Below are positions 23,153 through 34,392 of a DNA stretch of 64,000 bases, piece after piece. Where the stretch lies: assembly GCA_002269645.1 (NCBI GenBank), contig NIVC01002133.1:62001-126000 (forward strand). The letters are read 5' to 3'. The notes under the pieces were generated by a model that was given only the letters and a program-made list of their open reading frames with translations, was not told the origin of the DNA and did not search any database. Origin of the DNA: Macrostomum lignano. Its lineage: Eukaryota. A program made the position numbers and the translations under genes. Each line of letters starts with the position of its first letter. Positions within the stretch are counted from its first letter, which is position 1.

Positions 23153-24598
23153 AATTTTTAATTCATAACATTTTTATCTACTAAAACTAAAATATAAAAT
23201 TTGCTTTTAACTTTGAACTGATTTGTTAATTTGATTTGTTTGTTAATTTGTTAGTTTGTTAGTTTAAATTGATTTGTTCATTTTATTGCATCATTGCGCC
23301 TAGCCTTATAAAAAATGTAAACTATACAGTATAGTTCATTTTTATCTTTGTTTTTTTACTTAATTGGCCAATAATTGATACTTATATCAATGAATGAAAT
23401 ATAACTTTAAACTTGTGAATTCCTTGCTAGTGTTCTCTTTGCATAAATTTGTTTTGATATTTGTCAATCCTCTAGGCTTTATTGTTATATTATATATTAG
23501 TCTCAGTAGTCAGCAATCAGCATTAATTGACATGCTTAGTATAAAAAATTATGGGTGCATGCAAGGGATTTTTGCCTGAAAGTAGAAAAATCCTAAATTA
23601 ATACACCCTTGCCTTTGGTCTAAGTTGTCATATTTAAATGTTTAAGTCTTCCAGATTTGTTCAAGTTGTTATCATCACATGACAATTTTAAGTATGACGA
23701 TTTCGGCTGCACCTTCATTTTTGCCCAAAAAGATATTTTTCTTACAAATATTTTCTGTATAAATCTTATATTGCCATGACCATGCCTAATGTGTCATTTT
23801 TAGTTTTTGTATTTTAATGATTTTAATAATATATAACTAGAATAGCCAAAACCTTTGCAACAAGCTATAGGCCTAGTCTCTAATAGATTGATAAAAGGCA
23901 AAAATACTAGAATAAGTATATATGTCACTTGCTAAAAATATATTCTACTTTTTTCAGTAGCAAAGTTAGTGGTTTTTGCCTTTTTAATTAACTAATTAAT
24001 TAAATTTCTTTACTTTGAAATATATATACTACTTGTAAGCAACAGCTTTCAAGCTGCAAATTTTTTCTTAGTACCAATGGTGCAATTGTAAGCAAACAAA
24101 TGCTAAGATAATACCATTGTACATATAAGAAAAATGTGCACTGCAAGCTGGAAATTGTATTTCATCAGCCATGAGTTTTCTAACAATTTGTGTAGCTACC
24201 TTTAGATAAAAAGTTCATATTTCATTTTTTGTAAAAAGGATGTTTCTAATCTTGAAAATGCCTAAAAGGTAGCAATTGAATTGAAGGCTATATTAATCTA
24301 TCAAATGTATGGCTAAATAGCTTATTCTTTAGGTGTACACCATTAGGCTCAATGGTAGTTAGCACCTGCTTGCATGCATGGCACTCTAGAACATAGTTTG
24401 TTATAATTACTAAGCTACTGATATACTCAGTACAATAGCTTTAGCAAGAATAGGATCTGGTTGAGTTGGCTATAATGCCTACTATGCAACATTATGCAAA
24501 ATAAAAATTATTTAGAAATGCACAGCTGGTATATATATCAGTATGCAAAAAATTGGCTATCATAACCATAGTGCATCTATCATCTTCACCATGCTTGG

Positions 24599-24754
24599 GC
24601 GCAACCTAGGGATTCACCCGGCCGTTTCTATTGGCAACACACACATGTAAGTCGCTATTGGACGGAATAGTAGTCACGTGACTGCTCTCAGCCAATAGCG
24701 ACTTACATGTGTGTGTTGCCAATAGAAACGGCCGAGTGATTCCCAAGGTTGCGC
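24599..24754. repeat. 156-bp palindrome (63-bp arms, 3 mismatches) centred on GTCACGTGAC; foldback/MITE-like
   Basis: Arms compared base by base. Confidence 0.92.
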
Positions 24755-25771
24755 ATGTATGATCTTCACAATTCTATGTTACAAAATCAGGGTCATTGAG
24801 TTTTCTTAACTGCCACTGATCTCAATGCTCTAATAAATGCTATAGACATAGACATAGACAGACCATTTTTGGTATATGGACTCTTACTATTTCAATTTAT
24901 TATCATTAAAATTATTCTACAACCCACTTCCACATGATCCTAAGTCAGACTGCAAGTATAGACAAAGTCAAAACTCTCTTTGTCAATCAGTGCAATTGAG
25001 AGCTCATGAATTGATGCAGCTAAAAGGCGCTAAGCATCTTATAACTTCAGTAGACTTTTCAATCTTGCCACTCTAATAAAAACCACAAACTCTATAGAAA
25101 GGCCTTAGCTTTGTGTAGGTTGTTAGTTTGTGCCAGTTGCTTGAAGCTTTTTTGTGCACTTTTATGGATATTCCAATTTTTGTTTAGTTTTAAAAATATA
25201 AAAGCCTAGATTTTCCAGAATTTTCATAATTTTTTATGAAAATGAAACCCAGTTATGTATTTATGCAAAAAAATAATGTATATATGTCTTTTTTTTCTAT
25301 ATAATTGATTTATAAAGTCATTTATTTGCAAAAGGCCTCCTTTTTTAATTTGCTCTTTGCATGCTTATTGGCAAGTCATAGGACCCTCATTCTCATTGAA
25401 GTCTTTACCAATAATCATCTATTCTTTGGTCTTATCAATATTAGCTTTATCATACATAAATAAGCATTTAGGCCTAGCCAACTCAGGTTTATTTGTATAA
25501 ATATGATAGGCAAATGCATGTTAAAATTAAAAATAAAAATTTACATCAAATTTACTATAGTTCACAAATTTGTTGCAGATATAACATTACTATAATTTGA
25601 AATTCAAACAAAATTCACATTTTATGTTTTGTTTTAAGTAAAATGCATGCTTTTTACTTTTGTTTTGATCAATATTAATTTAAAATTTAATTTGTTGTAC
25701 ACATTATTATAAAGATAAAAGTTACAATAAAGAGGTTTCATAGTGTCACAAAATTGCATATCATACTTTTA

Positions 25772-26080
25772 GCCACATTGGAAGTATAAAAGTACAAATT
25801 ACACTTTCAGCCCCATCAGATGTATAAAAGTCCGCATTGCACTTTCAGTCACATTGAAAGTATAAAAGTCCGCATTGCACTTTCAGTCACATTGAAAGTA
25901 TAAAAGTCCGCATTGCACTTTTAGTCACATTGAAAGTATAAAAGTCCGCATTGCACTTTTAGTCACATTGAAAGTATAAAAGTCCGCATTGCACTTTCAG
26001 TCACATTGAAAGTATAAAAGTCCGCATTGCACTTTATGTCACATTGAAAGTATAAAAGTCCGCATTGCACTTCATGCCAC
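25772..26080. repeat. 38-bp minisatellite with TATAAAA in every unit, directly upstream of DAD1
   Basis: cacattgaaagtataaaagtccgcattgcactttcagt, ~7-8 copies. Confidence 0.93.
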
Positions 26081-26135
26081 ATTAAGAGTTTAGTTTCTCC
26101 TAGAGGTCAACACCCAATCGCATTCTTTAGCCAGC

Positions 26136-26522
26136 ATGTCAAACAGAAAAGAAGTCGCTGCCGCCAGTCAGAGCGCCGCCATCCAGGACTCCTTTGGCAC
26201 CATCGTGCGCAGATTCATTAACGAATACTGGAGCGGCACCTCGCGCTCGCTGAAGATCATCGACGCCTACATGTTTTACATTCTCATCACGGGCGTGGTC
26301 CAGTTTGCCTACTGCTGCCTGGTTGGCACTTTTCCATTTAACTCCTTCCTCAGCGGCTTCATCAGCTGCGTGGCCAGCTTTGTCCTTGCCAGCTGCCTGC
26401 GCATGCAGGTCAATCCGCAGAACAAGTCCGAGTTCTCCGGCATCACCAAGGAGAGAGCGTTTGCCGACTTCCTGTTTGCCAGCCTGCTGCTCCATCTGGT
26501 TGTTATCAACTTCATCGGATGA
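26136..26522 (+). CDS. DAD1: DAD1 / OST2, oligosaccharyltransferase subunit (128 aa, intronless)
   Basis: LKIIDAY...[52 protein letters not shown]...[10 protein letters not shown] is the DAD1 signature. Confidence 0.98.
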   Translation: MSNRKEVAAASQSAAIQDSFGTIVRRFINEYWSGTSRSLKIIDAYMFYILITGVVQFAYCCLVGTFPFNSFLSGFISCVASFVLASCLRMQVNPQNKSEFSGITKERAFADFLFASLLLHLVVINFIG

Positions 26523-26644
26523 GCTCCGCCCGGCTGCTCTTGTGGGCTGACTCTGGCGAATGGAGAAATTATTTGATTAGCTGTCAGTGCTAAGCATGGG
26601 CGAGAGTTCACTGTTCACTACTGATTATAGTACTATCGACCTTA

Positions 26645-27085
26645 TAGTGCCCTGGGAACTGATCCCGATCTCATAGTCCCTTGAGACCTGATCCCGATCG
26701 CATAGTCCCTTGGGACCTGATCCCGATCGCATAGTCCCTTGGGACCTGATCCCGATCGCATAGTCTCTTGGGACCTGATCCCGATCGCATAGTCCCTTGG
26801 GACCTGATCCCAATCGCATAGTCCCTTGGGACCTGATCCCAATCGCATAGTCCCTTGGGACCTGATCCCGATCGCATAGTCCCTTGGGACCTGATGCCGA
26901 TCTCATAGTCCCTTGGGACCTGATCCCGATCGCATAGTCCCTTGGGACCTGATCCCGATCACATAGTCCCTTGGGACCTGATCCCGATCGCATAGTCCCT
27001 TGGGACCTGATCCCGATCTCATAGTCCCTTGGGACCTGATCCCGATCGCATAGTCCCTTGGGACCTGATCCCGATTTTATAGTCC
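26645..27085. repeat. 29-bp minisatellite (gatcccgatcgcatagtcccttgggacct), ~15 copies
   Basis: Tandem copies; each unit contains the small inverted repeat GTCCC-tt-GGGAC. Confidence 0.95.
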
Positions 27086-27944
27086 CTTGGTCTTTGATCA
27101 CTCTCTTTTCGAATCCTAAGGTTTGAAAAGCGAGTATGGTGACATACTTGGATTAGAATTAGTTGGTGATCATTCCCGCTTCATACTACTGCACTGATAA
27201 GCCAATTCGAGTAGGCCGTCCGCGTAAAGCCGTTATAATTGTCGCAATCTATGTACCTGCTGCAAAATATATACTGAGGGCGGTTTTGTGTTCGGTGATG
27301 TGTTAGCCTTATACCAATTAACATTAGTGTAGCAAATATGTTTTTTGTTGGGTTCCTAAAGTAGTTTTTCTCCTGTAGAACAAAAACTAATATCAATACG
27401 TGTGCGCTACTTGCACTACTAGTTCTAGTAGCGTGTTGCAGTTTTTTTGTCAAGCAAACAGCACGTCATTATCTTCTGATTCTTTATAGCGAGCGCTCAA
27501 TATTGAAGTGAGCGGATGAGCTCCTAATTGTTACTTGCCTATCATCGGTGTTTGGCTTTTCCTCTCTGTAGAAGCCGTGCATTGTGCGTATTTATACTGC
27601 CCAAATCAAATCGAACTGACCCTTTTTTATCTGTTTTCATTGTTTCTCTTTTCGTTTCTATTCATACGGTTTCCTTAGCAATATGTTCCGTTGGATTCAA
27701 TGGCTTGTCACGTTCGCGCGGCTAGATTGCCCCGTTACTGTTCTATGCATATGCTCTATCACAAAATTCCAATATTCTTCATCGTTACGATTAGCAAACA
27801 TTTGACTTTCTCTGCAAAATCTTTTTTGTTTGTTATCTGCTTTGCGACTCTTTGGGACTCACCGGTTGGCGCTGTGCCAAAATTTGATTATTAAGCACGT
27901 GGGTCCTAGTCCTTGTCGGTTTCCGGGTCATTGAGAATCTTAGA

Positions 27945-28365
27945 TCCCTAATCTTTGAGATTCCCCGGATCCCAAATCTTTGCGAGTCCCCGGATCCCAA
28001 ATCTTTGCGAGTCCCCGGATCCCAAATCTTTGCGAGTCCCCGGATCCCAAATCTTTGCGAGTCCTCGGATCCCAAATCTTTGCGAGTCCCCGGGTCTCAA
28101 ATCTTTGCGAGTCCTCGGATCCCAAATCTTTGCGAGTCCTCGGATCCCAAATCTTTGCGAGTCCTCGGATCCCAAATCTTTGAAATTCCCCGTATCCTAA
28201 GTTTGGTCCCCGGATCCCAAATCTTTGTGAGTCCTCGGATCCCAAATCTTTGCGAGTCCCCGGGTCCCAAATCTTTGAAATTCCCAGTATCCTAAGTTTG
28301 GTCCCCGGATCCCAAATCTTTGCGAGTCCCCGGGTCCCAAGTTTGAGATTCCCCGGATCCCAAGT
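27945..28365. repeat. 24-bp minisatellite (cccggatcccaaatctttgcgagt)
   Basis: About 15 units with interspersed variant units. Confidence 0.93.
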
Positions 28366-28824
28366 TCCTTCATTGTACCCCAAACTGTAGCTTGTCATTT
28401 GCGTCACAAACTCTCTGTCCGGTTTCTGCCTTTCTCCTCCTTCACATTTAAACCATTAGATGTTGTTTGCTCTCTCCGGCATAATTTAATTTCTTCAGTC
28501 AAAGTGAGTGACGGATAAGCTGGCAGTGAGAATTGTTGCAGCAGCCCATTGCTGTTATTCTATTCAGAAGTTGAAAATATTCAAATAAACAAAGAATTCT
28601 TAGAAACACCCCGACGCAGTCGGACAGTCGCCTCCCGTTGCGCTGCGGCAAAGGCAATGGCCTAATTGGAATTGCGGGCGATCAAGCTTGTCTTGCTGTG
28701 TTACTCTTCTGGTCTAGTTTATATTCATTATATTTGCAGCTTAAGGCATAGCATAAGTGGGACAGTTTCTTACCCAGATCCTCAGTCCGTTGCCGTTGCG
28801 CTGCCTCAGTTTCTGGGCACCCAG

Positions 28825-29655
28825 GAGCCAGCCTCCCACATCCTCAGTGACTGGTCCACTGCCAGCCTCCCAGATCTTGAGTTGCTGGGCCAGCCTCCCA
28901 CATCCTCAGTGACTGGTCCACCGCCAGCCTCCCAGATCTTGAGTTGCTGGGCCAGCCTCCCACATCCTCAGTTGCTGGTCCACCGCCAGCCTCCCAGATC
29001 TTGAGTTGTTGGGCCAGCCTCCCAGATCCTCAGTGACTGGTCCACCGCCAGCCTCCCGGATTCCCAGCTGCTGAGCCAGCCTCCCAGATCCTCAGTTGCT
29101 GTGCCAGCCTCCCACATCCTCAGTGACTGGTCCACCGCCAGCCTCCCAGATCTTGAGTTGCTGGGCCAGCCTCCCAGATCCTCAGTTGCTGGGCCACCGC
29201 CAGCCTCCCAGATCTTGAGTTGTTGGGCCAGCCTCCCAGATCCTCAGTGGCTGGTCCACCGCCAGCCTCCCGGATTCCCAGCTGCTGAGCCAGCCTCCCA
29301 GATCCTCAGTTGCTGTGCCAGCCTCCCACATCCTCAGTGACTGGTCCACCGCCAGCCTCCCAGATCTTGAGTTGTTGGGCCAGCCTCCCAGATCTTGAGT
29401 TGTTGGGCCAGCCTCCCAGATCTTGAGTTGTTGGGCCAGCCTCCCAGATCTTGAGTTGTTGGGCCAGCCTCCCAGATCTTGAGTTGTTGGGCCAGCCTCC
29501 TAGATCTTGAGTTGTTGGGCCAGCCTCCCAGATCCTCAGTTGCTGGGCCACCGCCAGCCTCCTAGATCCCCAGTTGCTGGGCCAGCCCCCAGATCCTCAG
29601 CTGCTCGGCTAGCCTCCTAGATGCTCAGTTGCTGGGCCAGCTTCCCAGATCCCCA
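28825..29655. repeat. 28/31-bp minisatellite family (gccagcctcccagatcttgagttgttgg) with higher-order blocks
   Basis: Tandem copies running to within ~65 nt of the LLPH ATG. Confidence 0.92.
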
Positions 29656-29719
29656 GGCTCAGGGCCTCTTTAAGATCAGCACTACTCCAACCCTACCGCC
29701 GCCCGCTCCCGCAGCTGCC

Positions 29720-30130
29720 ATGGCCAAGAGTCTGCGGTCCAAGCGGATGCGTCACAACCGTGCCATCAAGCGAGAGAAAATCTACGGGCCGAAGGAGCTG
29801 GCCCGGCTGAAGAAAACCGTGGCCGGCTTAACTGACGGCGGAACCGTTGCTAACGACGCAGAGATGCGCGACGTAGCCGTTGTCAGGGACTCTACCGAAG
29901 TTGCTAAGGAGCTGGCGGAGAAGCGAAACCAACAGAAATCGGCGTACGACTCGAAGACGCTGCAAGACGAGCACGGTTGCTACCCGCCCTGGATGAACCA
30001 GCGGCGCATCCGGCGGCACCAGGCCCACCTGCAGAAGCAGAAGTCGGGCAAGAGTGCGGCGGCTTCGGGCAATACGTCATCTGCAAAGCGGGGCGGAAAG
30101 AAGCGACCGAAGAAAAAGTCTGCTTGGTGA
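29720..30130 (+). CDS. LLPH: LLPH / learning-associated protein 18 homolog (136 aa, intronless)
   Basis: MAKSLRSK..R..RA.KR.K start and KTLQDEHG.YP.WMNQR motif; Lys/Arg-rich tail. Confidence 0.95.
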   Translation: MAKSLRSKRMRHNRAIKREKIYGPKELARLKKTVAGLTDGGTVANDAEMRDVAVVRDSTEVAKELAEKRNQQKSAYDSKTLQDEHGCYPPWMNQRRIRRHQAHLQKQKSGKSAAASGNTSSAKRGGKKRPKKKSAW

Positions 30131-30261
30131 CATTGTGATGAACTTTGGCTTCTAATGTGGGTTATCTATGCGCTTTCTTACGAAAGAACGGTAGAAGAAA
30201 TGTGTTACAGCAATTGTCTAACATCTTCCGAGGTCCTCTTTTTCCAATCCGTGTAATTTCA

Positions 30262-32380
30262 TTAGAATCCGCCCCCCCCCCAATTCCACTAGAATCCGCC
30301 CCCCAATTCCACTAGAATCCGCCCCCCAATTCCACTAGAATCCGCCCCCCAATTCCACTAGAATCCGCCCCCCAATTCCACTAGAATCCGCCCCCCCAAT
30401 TCCACTAGAATCCGCCCCCAATTCCACTAGAATCCGCCCCCTAATTCCACTAGAATCCGCCCCCAATTCCACTAGAATCCGCCCTAAATTCCACTAGAAT
30501 CCGCCCCCAATTCCGCTAGAATCCGCCCCCAATTCCACTAGAATCCGCACTAAATTCCACTAGAATCCGCCCCCAATTCCACTAGAATCCGCCCTAAATT
30601 CCACTAGAATCCGCCCCCAATTCCGCTAGAATCCGCCCCCAATTCCACTAGAATCCGCCCCCAATTCCACTAGAATCCGCCCTAAATTCCACTAGAATCC
30701 GCCCCCAATTCCGCTAGAATCCGCCCCAATTCCACTAGAATCCGCCCCCAATTCCACTAGAATCCGCCCTAAATTCCACTAGAATCCGCCCCCAATTCCG
30801 CTAGAATCCGCCCCCAATTCCACTAGAATCCGCCCTAAATTCCACTAGAATCCGCCCCCAATTCCACTAGAATCCGCCCCCAATTCCACTAGAATCCGCC
30901 CCCAATTCCACTAGAATCCGCCCTAAATTCCACTAGAATCCGCCCCCAATTCCACTAGAATCCGCCCTAAATTCCACTAGAATCCGCCCCCAATTCCGCT
31001 AGAATCCGCCCCCAATTCCACTAGAATCCGCCCTAAATTCCACTAGAATCCGCCCCCAATTCCGCTAGAATCCGCCCCCAATTCCACTAGAATCCGCCCT
31101 AAATTCCACTAGAATCCGCCCCCAATTCCACTAGAATCCGCACTAAATTCCACTAGAATCCGCCCCCAATTCCGCTAGAATCCGCCCCCAATTCCACTAG
31201 AATCCGCCCCCAATTCCGCTAGAATCCGCCCCCAATTCCACTAGAATCCGCCCTAAATTCCACTAGAATCCGCCCTAAATTCCACTAGAATCCGCCCCCA
31301 ATTCCGCTAGAATCCGCCCCCAATTCCACTAGAATCCGCCCCCAATTCCACTAGAATCCGCCCTAAATTCCACTAGAATCCGCCCCCAATTCCACTAGAA
31401 TCCGCCCCCAATTCCACTAGAATCCGCACTAAATTCCACTAGAATCCGCCCCCAATTCCGCTAGAATCCGCCCCCAATTCCACTAGAATCCGCCCCCAAT
31501 TCCACTAGAATCCGCCCTAAATTCCACTAGAATCCGCACTAAATTCCACTAGAATCCGCCCCCACTTCCACTAGAATCCGCCCCCAATTCCGCTAGAATC
31601 CGCCCCCAATTCCACTAGAATCCGCCCCCAATTCCACTAGAATCCGCCCTAAATTCCACTAGAATCCGCCCCCAATTCCGCTAGAATCCGCCCCCAATTC
31701 CACTAGAATCCGCCCTAAATTCCACTAGAATCCGCCCCCAATTCCGCTAGAATCCGCCCCCAATTCCACTAGAATCCGCCCCCAATTCCACTAGAATCCG
31801 CCCCAATTCCACTAGAATCCGCCCCCTAATTCCACTAGAATCCGCCCCCACTTCCACTAGAATCCGCCCCCACTTCCACTAGAATCCGCCCCCAATTCCG
31901 CTAGAATCCGCCCCCAATTCCACTAGAATCCGCCCCAAATTCCACTAGAATCCGCCCTAAATTCCACTAGAATCCGCCCCCAATTCCGCTAGAATCCGCC
32001 CCCAATTCCACTAGAATCCGCCCTAAATTCCACTAGAATCCGCCCCCAATTCCGCTAGAATCCGCCCCCAATTCCACTAGAATCCGCCCCCTAATTCCAC
32101 TAGAATCCGCCCCCAATTCCACTAGAATCCGCCCCCTAATTCCACTAGAATCCGCCCCCACTTCCACTAGAATCCGCCCCCACTTCCACTAGAATCCGCC
32201 CCCACTTCCACTAGAATCCGCCCCCACTTCCACTAGAATCCGCCCCCAATTCCGCTAGAATCCGCCCCCAATTCCGCTAGAATCCGCCCCCACTTCCGCT
32301 AGAATCCGCCCCCAATTCCACTAGAATCCGCCCCCAATTCCACTAGAATCCGCCCCCAATTCCACTAGAATCCGCCCCTC
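30262..32380. repeat. 22-bp minisatellite (aattccactagaatccgccccc), ~95 copies
   Basis: 2.1-kb array with recurring variant units (ccctaa, ccgcta, ccactt). Confidence 0.98.
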
Positions 32381-33649
32381 ATTCTCCGAGAACCCGCCCC
32401 CTAACTCTATTAGTAATCCAGGGCCGACAATTAGCTATAGCGATTTAATTCTTGAAGCAAAAACTGCTTTAGCATTTCTTCTTGATTCCAAACTTAATGA
32501 AGTTGTATGGGTTACTCCGGTCACTTATAAATAAACTTGAGATCTGAAAATTCGCCATATTGTCCGGTTCTCTCCTGGCATTTTCGGTTGCTCAGCCGTT
32601 GGAATAATTGCTTCTGAATTTGATCTTCATTTCTCTTTCCTTTATTTTTTAAAGTACATGCATTTTGTAGCTCTTTTAAACCGCTGAATGCTGCTATTGA
32701 GTGCGCGTGCACCAATGGAAAGTGCAACCGTCCCATGCTACTCAAAGTACAGTAGCGCGGAGACCACACTGCGTGTCTCTGAGGAGTGTCGCATGCTGCC
32801 CATCTGCCGGCCGTCGCGGATTCGCCATTGCGAAAGCATTGGTAAAGTCAGGGTCGCAATCGCTGTAGTATGACAGATTCCCAGCCCGCCTGCGCAACCT
32901 CGAGCAAAAAAGGCAATAAAAATAATTAATGTTAGCAACTCGCGCCGCCCTTTGCTCACCGCATGGGGTCCGTCTGGAGAGTCGAATAGTGCCGCCGCAA
33001 CCGAAAATCCCCAAAAACTGGGATTCCCAGCCCCGGCGGCGATTTGCCCTTCCTTCCCCCCTCGGAGACTGGCCGATGAGAACAACTGACTCCGTTCCCG
33101 GGGTCCTTAACCTCGGGCTTCGATGGGGAGCCCCGCGGGGCACGGGCGCTGATTGGGATGGGAGTGTCCGGGCCTGGCTTGATACTGTTAATAATGGGCT
33201 GCGGCTCTAAGTGCCCGACCGTGTTTTTTTCTCCGTGTTTATTGTCGCCGAGATTGCTCCGGTGAAGTGTTTGAGCAGGCAAGTCTGCCCCCCCCCCTAT
33301 TGTTGCGGCATGTTTTTTGCGCGCCTCGGGGCTGAGAGCTGTTCTCCAAATATGGTTTTTTCAATGAAAAGGTTGGGCCTAAACACCACCTATGGCTTTG
33401 GAATGAAAATCAACTACGGCTCGTAGATGCTTGAGATTTGACAGTTTTCGACAAACTGCTTCTGCTCTGCTTCAAAGCAGTCGCGGAAGTTGTGGCTGCG
33501 GTTTTTTTAGTCGGGTGGTACACTTCTTTCCGTAATTAATTGCACCTTGGTGTTGCAGTGTTTTGCTTTTTTACCGTGCATATGCATGATTATAAGTCTC
33601 TTGAATCGTAATCCTAAAAAGCACTTTTATCTAGCGTCCCATAAGAATC

Positions 33650-34392
33650 CCAAGCAGACACTTCAGAATCTCCAGCAGACACATTTGAGAATTCTCAAAA
33701 AGCAGACATTTCGCAGTCCCAAGCAGACACATTTCAGAGCCCCAAGCAGACACATTCCAGAGCACATTTCAGAGCCCCAAGCAGACACATTCCAGAGCAC
33801 ATTTCAGAGCCCAAGCAGACACATTTCAGAGCCCCAAGCAGACACATTCCAGAGCACATTTCAGAGCCCCAAGCAGACACATTTCAGAGCCCCAAGCAGA
33901 CACATTCCAGAGCACATTCCAGAGCCCAAGCAGACACATTTCAGAGCCCCAGCAGACACATTTCAGAGCCCCAAGCAGACACATTTCAGAGCCCCAAGCA
34001 GACACATTTCAGAGCCCCAAGCAGACACATTTCAGAGCCCCAAGCAGACACATTTCAGAGCCCCAAGCAGACACATTTCAGAGCCCCAAGCAGACACATT
34101 TCAGAGCCCCAAGCAGACACATTTCAGAGCCCCAAGCAGACACATTTCAGAGCCCCAAGCAGACACATTTCAGAGCCCCAAGCAGACACATTTCAGAGCC
34201 CCAAGCAGACACATTTCAGAGCCCCAAGCAGACACATTTCAGAGCCCCAAGCAGACACATTTCAGAGCCCCAAGCAGACACATTTCAGAGCCCCAAGCAG
34301 ACACATTTCAGAGCCCCAAGCAGACACATTTCAGAGCCCCAAGCAGACACATTCCAGAGCCCCAAGCAGACACATTTCAGAGCCCTAAGCAG
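33650..34392. repeat. 23-bp minisatellite (cagacacatttcagagccccaag)
   Basis: About 30 units. Confidence 0.95.

Noticed and set aside
30262-32380. Regular 20-40-bp repeat arrays as possible CRISPR arrays
   Set aside because: Units are head-to-tail with no unique spacers, there are no cas genes, and the context is eukaryotic.
32690-32900. GC-balanced segment considered as a structured ncRNA or exon
   Set aside because: No recognisable snRNA, snoRNA, SRP or SL motifs and no convincing protein similarity; an Rfam/Infernal scan would be needed.
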